Shown here one piece after another: positions 52,473 through 63,110 of a DNA stretch of 64,000 nucleotides. The DNA is taken from positions 2,862-66,861 of the forward strand of contig CALVAJ010000009.1 of assembly GCA_944325505.1 (NCBI GenBank). The letters are read 5' to 3'. Positions within the stretch are counted from its first letter, which is position 1. Every line of letters starts with the position of its first letter. This stretch comes from an uncultured Bacteroidales bacterium (lineage in GTDB: Bacteria > Bacteroidota > Bacteroidia > Bacteroidales > UBA932). The notes under the pieces are model-generated. The model had not been told where the DNA came from and did not search any database. It worked only from the letters and a program-made list of their open reading frames with translations. The position numbers and the translations under genes are program-made.

Positions 52473-53005
52473 CCGATTTTTTCAAGAATCTCTTCCGGGG
52501 AACTGCAGAAAACAATCATTTCCCTGTGTCGGATTTCAAGCATACCCGTATCCACATAATGGTCGAGCAATGCTTCCAAAGGCTTGTAGAAGCCTTTCCA
52601 GTCCAAAACGAAAACGAGCCCGCAGTAAAATCCCAGTTTCTTCTGTGTAAGAGTCTCAATCACCTCGTCCAGGGTGCCTATTCCACCTGGAAGAGCCACT
52701 GCAGCCACTGTTCCTTCCCTCATTGCCGCCTGCCTGGCCGACATGGTGTCGGTCCAGTGCAGCTCCGAAAGGCCTGGAGCCGCTATATCCTTCATGAAAC
52801 GCGGGACTATCCCGATATGGTATCCCCCGCATTCCGACAGCTCCCTGTCGATCTCCCCCATCGTACCTTTCACCGTGCCTCCGGACACTATGTCATATCC
52901 ACGCAACGAAGCCGCACGGACGAAATCACGTGCGACTTTGTTGTATTCAGGATCTATATTATCGCTTGCCGAGCAAAAGACGGCTATTTTATCATGCTTC
53001 CGCAT
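52463..53005 (-). CDS. LOG family (TIGR00730-type) nucleotide phosphoribohydrolase
   Basis: 180 aa with PGGIGTLDE and GGTVKGTMG motifs. Confidence 0.85.
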   Translation of the reverse strand: MRKHDKIAVFCSASDNIDPEYNKVARDFVRAASLRGYDIVSGGTVKGTMGEIDRELSECGGYHIGIVPRFMKDIAAPGLSELHWTDTMSARQAAMREGTVAAVALPGGIGTLDEVIETLTQKKLGFYCGLVFVLDWKGFYKPLEALLDHYVDTGMLEIRHREMIVFCSSPEEILEKIGCA

Positions 53006-53007
53006 AT

Positions 53008-53682
53008 TCAGAACAGCAATGAAAGGGTCAGGGTAAATCCCCCGAGGTTGCGCCCCTTTGAAAACGCCTCCCTCATTATCCCGACTAAAGAAAAATCCGG
53101 TTCTGAAGCATCGTCTCTTGCATACAGGGAACCGAAATTCCAGTTATAGCGGCCGATTACCTGAAACTTCCATATCTCTATGCCGACTCCCACGCCAAGA
53201 CCGTACTCGAACCTGTTGAGTTCGGTCCAGTCGTTCCTGACAGGATCCCTGGGTCTGAAATTTTCAATATAGGCGTCCATCCTGTTGTTCAGCCCGCATC
53301 CTATGTAAGGGGTGACGTCGAGAAACGGACGGAAAAGGAGCAGGTCAGGCCCCCACTGTACCGATACCGGAAGTTCCAGATAGCCTATGGTAAGGTCACA
53401 GGTATTGTTCAGGTCCGTATCCCTGATAACATCCCCGAGCTTGGCCCCTTTCACATGATACTGGAGGGACGGCTGGATAGAAAAGCCGAAAGGAAGTTTC
53501 AGCTGATAAGTGACCCCGACATGGTATCTGTTCATCGTGCTCCTGTTCAGGGACTGCTGCTCGGCAGTGGAGAAAGTCATTCCCCCTATGACGCCGAAAC
53601 GGCCCTGCGCAGATGCACTCGAAGCCGGAAGGACAAGAAACGCCGCTGCAGACAACAGCAATATGACAAGTATCCTTTTCAT
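53008..53682 (-). CDS. Outer-membrane beta-barrel (porin-family) protein
   Basis: 224 aa with a signal peptide, alternating beta-strand pattern and C-terminal F. It is a paralog of 54035-54643. Confidence 0.75.
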   Translation of the reverse strand: MKRILVILLLSAAAFLVLPASSASAQGRFGVIGGMTFSTAEQQSLNRSTMNRYHVGVTYQLKLPFGFSIQPSLQYHVKGAKLGDVIRDTDLNNTCDLTIGYLELPVSVQWGPDLLLFRPFLDVTPYIGCGLNNRMDAYIENFRPRDPVRNDWTELNRFEYGLGVGVGIEIWKFQVIGRYNWNFGSLYARDDASEPDFSLVGIMREAFSKGRNLGGFTLTLSLLF

Positions 53683-53691
53683 GCTGTCACT

Positions 53692-54006
53692 CTAAAGAAG
53701 AGAATCCAGTTTCCCGGCAAGTTCGCTCTTGGGAGCCGCTCCGACCATCCTGTCGACAAGCTGTCCGTTCTTGAAGAACAGCAGCGTAGGGATATTCCTT
53801 ATTCCGTACTGCATAGGGATGTCCTGGCACTCGTCGACATTGCATTTGGCGATGACGGCACGGCCTTCATACTCATTTGCAAGTTCTTCGACTACAGGAG
53901 CTATTGCACGGCACGGGCCGCACCATGTAGCCCAGAAATCCACCATGACGAGCTTGTCTGTAGCAAGTATATCATTAAAATTCGAGTCAGTTACTTTAAG
54001 TTCCAT
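53692..54006 (-). CDS. trxA: Thioredoxin
   Basis: 104 aa with the WCGPC active site. Confidence 0.97.
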   Translation of the reverse strand: MELKVTDSNFNDILATDKLVMVDFWATWCGPCRAIAPVVEELANEYEGRAVIAKCNVDECQDIPMQYGIRNIPTLLFFKNGQLVDRMVGAAPKSELAGKLDSLL

Positions 54007-54034
54007 AATGTATATTATATTAAATGATTAACAA

Positions 54035-54643
54035 TCAGAAAATTATCGCAAGCGAAACCGTATATCCGCTGAAGTTCGACTCGTCGAATACACGTTTGAA
54101 CTCCTGCTCTGCAAAACCGGAATTGACCAGATCCCCCATGCTCCAGTTATACTGTCCTACAATCTGGAAATGACTCCACAGCTGTACGCCGAGACCGGCG
54201 CCGACACCGTATTCAAACCTGTTGATATTCTTCCAGTCATAAGACTCTCCTTTGGCGTTTTTCATATCCTTGGATATGGCATAGCCGATAAAAGGAGAAC
54301 CCTGGACGAAGATACGGAAACGGTCATCGCTGAATCTCGGTCCCCACTGGATATTGACCGGTATCTCAAGATAACCGAGGCCGAAAGCCTGGGCTCCGGA
54401 TTTCGCTGAAGTCGATGCCTGGCCTCCCTTCACATGGAAAAGCAGTTCAGGCTGGACAGAGAACCACAACGGAAGGTCGCACTGTACGGCGATTCCTGCC
54501 TGATAGCCGAGATTGGTCTTGACATCAGACTTCGGGTCGGAAAAGTTTATCCCGGCCTTCACTCCGAAATGCTGTGCCGCAGCACCGGACGGCAGGCACA
54601 TGAACAGTACCGCCGCTGCAAGTATGATGTAAATCCTTTTCAT
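54035..54643 (-). CDS. Outer-membrane beta-barrel (porin-family) protein
   Basis: 202 aa. It shares GYLE(L/I)PV..QWGP, NRFEYG.G.G and FQ..G.YNW blocks with 53008-53682. Confidence 0.75.
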   Translation of the reverse strand: MKRIYIILAAAVLFMCLPSGAAAQHFGVKAGINFSDPKSDVKTNLGYQAGIAVQCDLPLWFSVQPELLFHVKGGQASTSAKSGAQAFGLGYLEIPVNIQWGPRFSDDRFRIFVQGSPFIGYAISKDMKNAKGESYDWKNINRFEYGVGAGLGVQLWSHFQIVGQYNWSMGDLVNSGFAEQEFKRVFDESNFSGYTVSLAIIF

Positions 54644-54696
54644 ATTTCTTTAATTTAGAATTACTCAACTTGCAAAGATAATATAAAAAACTGTTT

Positions 54697-54990
54697 TTAC
54701 AAGGAACGCTCTGCCGCCCAGACGAACGCCCTGATGCCGAGCTCGGGAGTAAGGGCGTCCTTCTCCCTTATGCCTTCCAGGACTGCATCGACCTTGTCAT
54801 CATCTACAAAAGTGAGGACAGCGTTGTTGAGCGTAGGCCATGCGTGGTTGCCAAGGTGAGGCTCCCCTGTCTCGGAACCGCGGCCTTCTATATCCTCCCA
54901 CATGGTATATCCCCGGCAGCCGTTGGCTTCGAGAAGTTCCACTATTTCAGTATAATAGGCCTGGTTGTATGCTATGAATATCGCTTTCAT
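54697..54990 (-). CDS. Small PII-like transporter-associated protein (PG0541-like)
   Basis: 97 aa, overlapping the RND gene stop by 4 nt. I recall this family as accompanying Bacteroidota RND pumps. Confidence 0.6.
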   Translation of the reverse strand: MKAIFIAYNQAYYTEIVELLEANGCRGYTMWEDIEGRGSETGEPHLGNHAWPTLNNAVLTFVDDDKVDAVLEGIREKDALTPELGIRAFVWAAERSL

Positions 54991-57900
54991 GATCTGAGTC
55001 TTTTAAGTTTATGCTTCTCCTGCATGGTGGCGAACGAGCAGTAGATAGTAGGGATCAGCACCAGTGTCACAAGTGTCGAGACCGAAAGTCCCCAGCAGAC
55101 GGTCATACCGAGCGAGCGCCACATTTCCGAGCCTTCACCCTGCCCTACTGCCATAGGCACCATACCTATTACCGTGGTGAGGGTTGTCATCAGGATAGGG
55201 CGGAGACGGGATTTTCCGGCAAGGACTACAGCATCGGCTATGCTCATTCCCCTCTCCCTCAACAGGATAGTATAGTCGATAAGCACGATTCCGTTTTTCA
55301 CCACTATACCCATAAGGATGATGATTCCGATCATGGCCATCAGGCCGAGAGCAGTCCCGGTAATAGTCAGTCCGAGGATGACACCGGTAAGCGCGAACGG
55401 GATGGAGAACATTATCACGAACGGGCTCATGAACGACTCGAACTGCGAAGCCATCACCATATAGACCAGAATCACGATGAGGATGAGCAGGACAAACAGA
55501 TCCGAGAACGTATCCTGCTGGTCCTCGACATCTCCGGCGATGACCACTGAAAGTTCCGAAGGTATGTCCGTCTCTCTGATGACTTTCTGTGCGGAAGCAT
55601 AAACATCGCTCAATGCATAGCCGTTACCCACGACCGCACTTACGGTGATGGTCCTCTCGCGGTTCTTCCTTTCGATGGTAGGAGGGGTCATGTCCTCCAC
55701 CACGGTACCGAGGTCCTTAACCCTGATTCCGCGTCCGGTGGAATTGTACACCAGAATGTTCTCGATATCCTCCACACTTGTCCTGAACTCGGGAGCGTAA
55801 CGCACTCGGATATTGTACTCGTCACCGTCCTCCCGGTAGAAAGACTGGGTGGAACCGTTGATGGCCGCATTGACATAAGAAGCCGCGGTTGTGCTGTTCA
55901 GGCCGTTGACAGCCAGTTTTGTCCTGTCGAAATCCACCTCGTATTCAGGTGTGTACTCGTCCCGGCTGATTGTCACCTGTGAAGAGTTTCCTTCCTCCCT
56001 CATCTTCCCGGCTATGATCCCGGCAAGACGGTCGGTAGAGTCGAAATCATACCCGTATATCTCAATGTCAACAGAGCTCTGGCCGCCCATTCCGCCTTCG
56101 CCTTCGGTCACTTCGTATTTCTTGATTTCAGGATAGCTTGCCAGGTCGGAACGGATTATATCGGCGATTTCGGTACATGACCGCTCGCGCAGCTCCATAC
56201 TGCCGATATTGAAACTGAATGAAATGATATGGGTCCCGGTATTCTGCATGGAGCCCCACGCATTGTCGGTGTCCGCCTGGCCGAGAGTATAGCTGCAGAC
56301 TTCCATCTCTGGAATCTCGCCCATGAAACGGTTGTACAGATTCTCGGCAAAGTCCCTCGTTATATACTGCGCCGTACCGACCGGAAGCTCGACGGTCGCG
56401 GATATACGGCCGGAATCCGACTTCGGGAAATATTCCGACTTTATGAACGGCCCGAGGCAAACCATAGATGCGACAAAGATACCCATCGCAATGCAGACCA
56501 CCCATGTCCTGTGCCTTACGGCCCATGCGATAATATGGCCGTAACCTCTTGTTATCCAGTCGATGAAACGGTTTATCGGCCCGAAAATGGCCCTATGGAA
56601 CCTTCCTGTCTTGGGCTTGAACCTCAAGAACTTCGAGCAGAGCATAGGCACGAGAGTAAGCGCACCTACGGTAGAGACTATCATGATGATGCAGACTATC
56701 CATCCCAGCTGCTTGAACATCACTCCGGATATTCCCTGAATGAGTGTCAGAGGGAAGAATACGGCCAGCATGGTAAGTGTGGACGCGATGACCGAGATTC
56801 CCACCTCCTGGGTCGCATGGACGGCGGCCTCCTTCGGCTTTTCTCCGCGCTCCAGATGGGTGGAGATGTTTTCAAGGACCACGATGGCATCGTCCACCAC
56901 CATCCCTATCGCTATGGAAAGTGCGGACAGCGATATGACATTCAGGGTATTCCCTGTAGCATACAGATATACGAGCGAGGCCAGGAGGGAAATAGGGATT
57001 GCAAGGACAATGATAAAGGTGGCCCTCCATCTCCCGAGGAACACATACACGACGAGCATCACCACAAGGAATGTAATGATGATAGTCTCCTTCAGGCTGT
57101 TGATACTGTTGATGATGTTCCTGGAGTTGTCGATCACGGTGGTTATCTTCACATCTGAAGGCAATGACTCCCGGATGGAGACCATGGCTTTTTTCACCCC
57201 TTTGATCACATCGACAGAGTTGGCCCCTGTCTGCTTCTGTATCACGATCTGCGCCCCCTGGACACCGTCAGTGTAGGCTTCCTGGGCACGCTCCTCTTCC
57301 CCGTCATTGACTCTCGCCACGTCTTTCAGATAGACGGCCTGGCAGTTTGAATACCCGACTACTATGTCGAGCATTTCCTCCGCACTTTCGAACTCCTTTT
57401 CCACCCTTACGGAATATGTATCGGAGCCGATGTCTATGCTGCCGCTCGGGACATTCCTGTTCTCGGCAGCCAGCACACTTGATATGGTGCTGATAGACAG
57501 GCCGTAGGCTTCAAGCTTGTTCGGGTCGCAGAAAACCTGTATCTCCCTTTGCGGGGCACCGGTGACAGAGACCGTACCCACGCCGGACACTCTTGCCAGC
57601 GGAGTCGTGACTTTGTCATCCAGTATCTTTTCCAGGGCAGGCAGGCTTTCCCCGGCTGTCGCGGACAGGATCATGATAGGCAGGTCGTCCGCACTGAACT
57701 TGAAAATGACCGGAATCGAAGCCCCGTCCGGAAGCTCCGAATTGACCAGGTCAAGCTTGTCCCTCACATCATTTGTCGCGACGTCTATGTCTACTCCCCA
57801 CTCGAATTCCAGCATGATAAGGCAGATATTCTCCTTGGACTGCGATGTGATGTCCTTCAGGTCACTGACCCCGTTCAGCGCGTTTTCCAGCACCTTGGAA

Positions 57901-58088
57901 AGGTTGGTCTCTATATCTTCCGCGCTGGCACCGGGATATGAGGACATGACCATGATGACGTTGGCGTCAAACTCCGGCAGCTGGTCTATGGAGATATTCA
58001 TCAGGGAGAATACTCCGAATATGGCGCAGGCGGCAAAAACCAGCGCCGTAGTGACCGGGTTGTTGACGGCTTTACGGTATATGCTCAT
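54987..58088 (-). CDS. RND efflux transporter permease (AcrB family)
   Basis: 1033 aa with 12-TM RND architecture and two large periplasmic loops. Confidence 0.95.
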   Translation of the reverse strand: MSIYRKAVNNPVTTALVFAACAIFGVFSLMNISIDQLPEFDANVIMVMSSYPGASAEDIETNLSKVLENALNGVSDLKDITSQSKENICLIMLEFEWGVDIDVATNDVRDKLDLVNSELPDGASIPVIFKFSADDLPIMILSATAGESLPALEKILDDKVTTPLARVSGVGTVSVTGAPQREIQVFCDPNKLEAYGLSISTISSVLAAENRNVPSGSIDIGSDTYSVRVEKEFESAEEMLDIVVGYSNCQAVYLKDVARVNDGEEERAQEAYTDGVQGAQIVIQKQTGANSVDVIKGVKKAMVSIRESLPSDVKITTVIDNSRNIINSINSLKETIIITFLVVMLVVYVFLGRWRATFIIVLAIPISLLASLVYLYATGNTLNVISLSALSIAIGMVVDDAIVVLENISTHLERGEKPKEAAVHATQEVGISVIASTLTMLAVFFPLTLIQGISGVMFKQLGWIVCIIMIVSTVGALTLVPMLCSKFLRFKPKTGRFHRAIFGPINRFIDWITRGYGHIIAWAVRHRTWVVCIAMGIFVASMVCLGPFIKSEYFPKSDSGRISATVELPVGTAQYITRDFAENLYNRFMGEIPEMEVCSYTLGQADTDNAWGSMQNTGTHIISFSFNIGSMELRERSCTEIADIIRSDLASYPEIKKYEVTEGEGGMGGQSSVDIEIYGYDFDSTDRLAGIIAGKMREEGNSSQVTISRDEYTPEYEVDFDRTKLAVNGLNSTTAASYVNAAINGSTQSFYREDGDEYNIRVRYAPEFRTSVEDIENILVYNSTGRGIRVKDLGTVVEDMTPPTIERKNRERTITVSAVVGNGYALSDVYASAQKVIRETDIPSELSVVIAGDVEDQQDTFSDLFVLLILIVILVYMVMASQFESFMSPFVIMFSIPFALTGVILGLTITGTALGLMAMIGIIILMGIVVKNGIVLIDYTILLRERGMSIADAVVLAGKSRLRPILMTTLTTVIGMVPMAVGQGEGSEMWRSLGMTVCWGLSVSTLVTLVLIPTIYCSFATMQEKHKLKRLRS

Positions 58089-58129
58089 AAGATTTTGTTT
58101 TTCAATTCAAAAAATCAGTTCCGGTTCCG

Positions 58130-59161
58130 CTATTCCACCTTCACCTTTATGCCGGATTTGAGGCGCACCTGGCCTTCGGTAACGACCGTGGCCCCGTTAT
58201 CCAGACCGGAAAGTATCTCATAGGTGTAATTCATGCGGCGTCCCGGGATGACCTTTGTGTAAGTGACGGTGCTGTCCGCATTGAGGACATATACGAAACG
58301 GTCACCTGACCCTACCTGCTTGACTATTGCCTCGTCCGGAACCACGACACTGCGGTTCACCCCGAACAGGACAGTCACTTTGGCGTACATCCCCGGACGC
58401 AGCATCCTGTCCGCATTCCTAACGACAATCTCGACCGTAAAGGTATGTGTGGCAGGGTCTATCGTAGGGTAGAGCCTGCTGATGCTCCCCTGGAACGTCT
58501 TCCCCGGGAAAGCATCCACGGTTATGTCCACCTTGTCCCCGACATGGACCTTGGTATAGTCGACCTCAGATATGCCGACAAGAAGCTTGACAGGGGTAAT
58601 CTGCTCCACTGTATAAATCGGCTGCCCCAACGAGAACATGTCACCCTTGTCATAATTCCTCGCGGAAATGACTCCGTCCACAGGGCTGAGAAGCACGGTA
58701 TTCTCCAGAAGGTTTTCGTATGAACTTCTGGAAACATTGTATTTCAGTTCCATGGCATCGAGGTCGGACTTTGACAGCCCGCCGGCCTCATAGAGGCCTT
58801 CAAGCCTTGAATATTCGGTAGAATCGTTCACCATCTGGAGCCGGGCCTGCTGGAGGTTGATCGCGTCCATCTCGGCCACCACCTGGCCGGCTTTCACGAA
58901 ATCGCCTATATCTACCTTTATATCCTTGATCCTCATGGATGTCTGAGGAGCGATATTGTTCTTCACATAGGCCTGGACAGTGGATGTGTACACCCCTATC
59001 TGCGGGACATCCTCGGCAAAGACCTGTTTCACTACCACTACAGGGATTTCATCCTGCACGGCTGCCGGCCCTGTATTCCTGTTTCCTCCTCCGCACGATG
59101 CCACCGTAAGGGCAACGGCAACCAGAGAGGCTGTTCTGACAATTTTATTCATGTTTTTCAT
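58130..59161 (-). CDS. RND efflux periplasmic adaptor
   Basis: 343 aa with a lipobox (TVASCGG) and a membrane-fusion-protein fold. Confidence 0.9.
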   Translation of the reverse strand: MKNMNKIVRTASLVAVALTVASCGGGNRNTGPAAVQDEIPVVVVKQVFAEDVPQIGVYTSTVQAYVKNNIAPQTSMRIKDIKVDIGDFVKAGQVVAEMDAINLQQARLQMVNDSTEYSRLEGLYEAGGLSKSDLDAMELKYNVSRSSYENLLENTVLLSPVDGVISARNYDKGDMFSLGQPIYTVEQITPVKLLVGISEVDYTKVHVGDKVDITVDAFPGKTFQGSISRLYPTIDPATHTFTVEIVVRNADRMLRPGMYAKVTVLFGVNRSVVVPDEAIVKQVGSGDRFVYVLNADSTVTYTKVIPGRRMNYTYEILSGLDNGATVVTEGQVRLKSGIKVKVE

Positions 59162-59248
59162 AATTGTTTTTCATTTTGTTGTCCTGCATATCCTCAGGTT
59201 CGGGACTCCTTGCTCCTTTCCTGTCGGCAGGGATGGTTGAATGCGCCG

Positions 59249-60727
59249 CTACCGGATAAAGTCCTGCCCGAGTGTCTGCTCGAGCTGTGATTTGGCAATC
59301 AGGAAGTTATAGATTGCCTGGGAGGCACTCAATTCTGCCTGGGTCAGCGCCAGCTGCGCATCATTCAGCTCCAGAAGGGTGTTCTTGCCTACCTGATAGG
59401 TCTTTTCCGCTATGCTGTAGCCTTTCCGGGCAGAAGCGACAGCTTCCCTGGCGGCATTGTAGGTCTTGATGTTCGTCTCCATCGTCACCAGACTCTGGCG
59501 GATGCTTATCTTCAGATTCCGCTCCGTATCCATAGTCTGGAGCTTCAGCTGCGTAGCCTGGGTCTTCGCCTGGCGAACGTCATTGTATCTCTTGCCCCCG
59601 GAGAAAATCGGGATGGCAAGGCTGACCCCGACATACGAATAAGGGGTCCAACGGTACTGGGAGAATTTGAAATCATTCGTCATCGCATTGATACTGAATG
59701 AAAAAGCGGCAGAAAGCGTAGGGATGTACGCATACTTCTGCATTTTTATCGTATGCGCCAGCTGCTCGGCCTGAATGGCGAGCTGACGCATCGTAGTATT
59801 GTTCTCCAGACTCAGGGAATCAGCCTGGGACGGTTCATAGAAAAGCTGCTGCGAATAGTCGTCCAGAGTGCCGGCCACATCTATGTTCATGTCCAGGTCC
59901 ACCCCCATTACGGCTTTCAGCTGCCACAGGGAAAGGATGACGGAACTTTCCGCGTTGTAGACGTTGGGAACGGCATTGGCCACATTGGTCTTCGCTCTTG
60001 TAAGGTCGTATTCCGTAGCCTTCTGGGCCCTGAACTTCTTTTCTGTCTCCTGACAGTTGGTCACTGCGTTTTCGTAGACATCCTTATACACCTGGAAAGC
60101 CTCCTTGGCCAGCAGGGTGGCGAAAAAGGCCTGCTTGACCTGGGTCACCATATCAAGTCTGGATGAACGGGCCTTCTCTATGGCCAGTTCCACCTCGAGA
60201 CCGGAAATTTTCAGACTTTTCCAGAGCTGGGTATTGACAAGCGGCATCGTTGCGTTCAGGCCTGCCATCCACGTATTCCATCGGCCGACCTCCAGCCCTT
60301 CGCTGGTGTCGAAGCCCGCCAGTGCGCTGTCTTCCGAGCCGTCTCCTGCGGAGCCTCCCTCACCGGAAGCGCCGCCGCTCCCCATGTCAAGATCCATATA
60401 CATGACCTGCTTCTTGATGGTCCTCTGGTAAGATCCCGAAAGATCTATCTGGGGAAACAGTGAAGCATAAGTCCCTTTTTTTGCATAGTCCGTCCTCTGT
60501 ATCTCCTGATCGGCTACCTTTACGGACACGTTTTCGCTGAGGGCTATTTGAAGAGCCTGTTCCAGGGTTATGACCACAGGGACATCCGAAGTATCGGCGA
60601 GCTGCAGGATATTCTCCGCCTCAGTATTTTCTTCCGCCTTCATATCAGTACGGTACTGTGCAATAGCGCAGACCGGAGATAAGGCAAAGACTGCCGGAAT
60701 ACATATTGTATAGACAATTCTTTTCAT
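59249..60727 (-). CDS. TolC family outer-membrane efflux protein
   Basis: 492 aa with a signal peptide and TolC repeats. It is the first gene of the RND operon. Confidence 0.9.
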   Translation of the reverse strand: MKRIVYTICIPAVFALSPVCAIAQYRTDMKAEENTEAENILQLADTSDVPVVITLEQALQIALSENVSVKVADQEIQRTDYAKKGTYASLFPQIDLSGSYQRTIKKQVMYMDLDMGSGGASGEGGSAGDGSEDSALAGFDTSEGLEVGRWNTWMAGLNATMPLVNTQLWKSLKISGLEVELAIEKARSSRLDMVTQVKQAFFATLLAKEAFQVYKDVYENAVTNCQETEKKFRAQKATEYDLTRAKTNVANAVPNVYNAESSVILSLWQLKAVMGVDLDMNIDVAGTLDDYSQQLFYEPSQADSLSLENNTTMRQLAIQAEQLAHTIKMQKYAYIPTLSAAFSFSINAMTNDFKFSQYRWTPYSYVGVSLAIPIFSGGKRYNDVRQAKTQATQLKLQTMDTERNLKISIRQSLVTMETNIKTYNAAREAVASARKGYSIAEKTYQVGKNTLLELNDAQLALTQAELSASQAIYNFLIAKSQLEQTLGQDFIR

Positions 60728-60770
60728 ATCGTTTTTCAGTAAAACGGCATAAAATTATGCATAATTTCAT

Positions 60771-61544
60771 TTAAAGCAAGCCGAAGTGCCTGATAGCATG
60801 AGAAATACCGTCCTCATCAACAGAAAGGGTGACATAATCCGCACATGATTTGACGGAATCCTCGGAATTTCCCATGGCGATTCCCATGCCCGCATATTTG
60901 AGCATTTCGGAATCGTTGCCTCCGTCACCGAAAGCCATGGTCTCCTCACGCGTGATGCCGAATTCAGCTATCGCAGCGGCTATTCCGTCAGCCTTGGACA
61001 GTCCTTTGGAATTCATGTCGAAGAAAGCCGGATACCATCTGGAGACTGTCACTTCTTCGAGTCCTTCCGTAAAATATCTTCTCTCCTGGGATTCGTCAGC
61101 GAAAACGGTAAACTGGCATACGTCCTCATATGCAAGATCATCCCAGGAATAAACGGGCACGTTGCGGAACTTGATCATTTCGAAAGTACGGCGGGTGAAA
61201 TCATTCTGCATGCTTATACCGTAGCTTTTCTTGCAGAACGCCACTGCAGGGATATCCAGTTCCCTGCATCTGCGGCCGACCTCTCGTGCGATACCGGCTC
61301 CGAGCGTCCGGCAGGCAACGATCCTGCCTCCGACATTCACCAGAGCCCCGTTCATGCTTATGTAACCGTCAAACGGGAAATCCTGAAGGTTGTCCATCAC
61401 CATGTAGTGACGGCCGCTGGCGATAAACAGCCTTATCCCCTTTTCCCGAAGGGCATAAAGGTCACTAATCACCTGCGGTGAAATCACATGGGTCTTGAAA
61501 CTCACAAGGGTTCCGTCTATGTCGAAGAATATCGCTTTTATCAT
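60771..61544 (-). CDS. Cof-type HAD-IIB phosphatase
   Basis: 257 aa with the FFDIDGTL motif I and GDGGNDSEM motif IV. Confidence 0.9.
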   Translation of the reverse strand: MIKAIFFDIDGTLVSFKTHVISPQVISDLYALREKGIRLFIASGRHYMVMDNLQDFPFDGYISMNGALVNVGGRIVACRTLGAGIAREVGRRCRELDIPAVAFCKKSYGISMQNDFTRRTFEMIKFRNVPVYSWDDLAYEDVCQFTVFADESQERRYFTEGLEEVTVSRWYPAFFDMNSKGLSKADGIAAAIAEFGITREETMAFGDGGNDSEMLKYAGMGIAMGNSEDSVKSCADYVTLSVDEDGISHAIRHFGLL

Positions 61545-61592
61545 ATTTCACTGTCTTCTTTATGAAAATCCGGATCGGATGGCATGGCACTG

Positions 61593-62219
61593 TCAACCGA
61601 CATCGATCCATTCGAAATCCCCGCCCCAGATGGAAAGGAAACGCATGAAATCCCCGTTGGGGATAATGACGCTCGCCGTATTGTCGCATGGATGGAAACT
61701 CAGTTTCGGGGCGTTCTGCAGGTCCTTGTCAAGGAACAGCTTGACCCTGTGGCCGTTGGGGAACAATTCCTTCGGGGAGGCACCGGGAACTGCCTTCACC
61801 GCATGCGCACTTCCGGCACTTCCGGCCAGCTCTACTTCCTGCGCCCCTTCTGCAGGAATCATGTCATGGATCAGACCGAGCGGAGATACCGAGCCGGGCA
61901 AAAGGCCCAGGCAGCGTTCCATGCGCTCGGCGGAAGCAAAAGACATCTTCCCTTCCTTCATCCTGTGCTCGAACGAATGGATATCGAAATCCTTATGACA
62001 TTCGATGACAACGAGATAGTGCCTGTTGCCCTTATGATTGCGGAAAAACAGGTTCTTACAGTGAGTCGATTCTATTCCGTCCCAATATTTCAGGGCTTCT
62101 TCTATAGTGAAAAGCGGCGGATGGGTATATAAAACATACCTGATCCCATGAGCGTCCATGAAATCAAGTACGTTTCTTATTTTCTGATTTTCAACTGTTC
62201 TCGGATCGGTCGGCAACAT
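61593..62219 (-). CDS. YbaK/ProX-type aminoacyl-tRNA deacylase domain protein
   Basis: 208 aa with YbaK/ProRS-associated domain features (HCKNLF, a GSVSPLG-like loop). It carries a low-complexity insertion of about 35 aa. Confidence 0.7.
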   Translation of the reverse strand: MLPTDPRTVENQKIRNVLDFMDAHGIRYVLYTHPPLFTIEEALKYWDGIESTHCKNLFFRNHKGNRHYLVVIECHKDFDIHSFEHRMKEGKMSFASAERMERCLGLLPGSVSPLGLIHDMIPAEGAQEVELAGSAGSAHAVKAVPGASPKELFPNGHRVKLFLDKDLQNAPKLSFHPCDNTASVIIPNGDFMRFLSIWGGDFEWIDVG

Positions 62220-62225
62220 AAAGAA

Positions 62226-63101
62226 TCATTTTGACCTTGCGTAATGGGTAGGTGCAGGCTTCGGTTTTTCAGGATGCACCACCATGGCAGGCTTGCCCCA
62301 CTTCAGACTGTAGACAATCAGACATATACCGGCAATGATGAACGGGATGCTGAGTATCTGACCCATATTCAGGACCATATTTTCCTCGAATCCGACCTGA
62401 GGTTCCTTTATGAACTCAATAAGGAAACGCATACCGAAAAGCACTATGAAGAAAATGCCGAGAAGGGTACCTCTTTTGAGCTTCGGAAGACGGTATTTAT
62501 ACAATCCCATAAGTGTCAGTCCGAGAATAAGATAGCTCAATGCCTCATAAAGCTGTGTCGGATGCTTGGGAAGAGTCTCTCCCCTGAGGTCGAAAATGAA
62601 ACCCCACGGGAGGCTGGTAACATCACCGTATATTTCAGAGTTGCAGAGATTTCCAAGACGGATGAACATTCCCGCGAAACATACCGGGATGCACAGGTGG
62701 TCGAGCATCCAGAGCAGGTCGAAATCATATTTGCGTCCATAATGGTGCGCATACCACCACATGGCCAGGATAATCGCTATCGTACCTCCGTGACTTGCCA
62801 GACCGCCTTTCCAAGGCATGAAAATCTCCCAGAATCCCTGCCAGCTTCCGAAATAGTAATCAGGCTGGTAGAATATGCAGTGTCCGAGACGAGCACCGAC
62901 TATCGTAGCGATCAGCAGTGTAAAAAGCAGCGGATCAAGAAGGCTGAAAGGAAGCCCTTCCCTCTTGAGGAAGCCTTTGAATATGAACCATCCCAGTACG
63001 AATCCGGTAAGGAAAAGCACCGAGTACCATCGCAACACAAAACCCCCGATATGGATAATATCGGGGTTCATGTGCCAGTGTATTGCAAGCAAATCTGTCA
63101 T
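62226..63101 (-). CDS. lgt: Prolipoprotein diacylglyceryl transferase
   Basis: 291 aa, polytopic, with Lgt motifs (GARLGHC, HPTQLYE). Confidence 0.93.
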   Translation of the reverse strand: MTDLLAIHWHMNPDIIHIGGFVLRWYSVLFLTGFVLGWFIFKGFLKREGLPFSLLDPLLFTLLIATIVGARLGHCIFYQPDYYFGSWQGFWEIFMPWKGGLASHGGTIAIILAMWWYAHHYGRKYDFDLLWMLDHLCIPVCFAGMFIRLGNLCNSEIYGDVTSLPWGFIFDLRGETLPKHPTQLYEALSYLILGLTLMGLYKYRLPKLKRGTLLGIFFIVLFGMRFLIEFIKEPQVGFEENMVLNMGQILSIPFIIAGICLIVYSLKWGKPAMVVHPEKPKPAPTHYARSK

Positions 63102-63110
63102 CTTCCTGTA

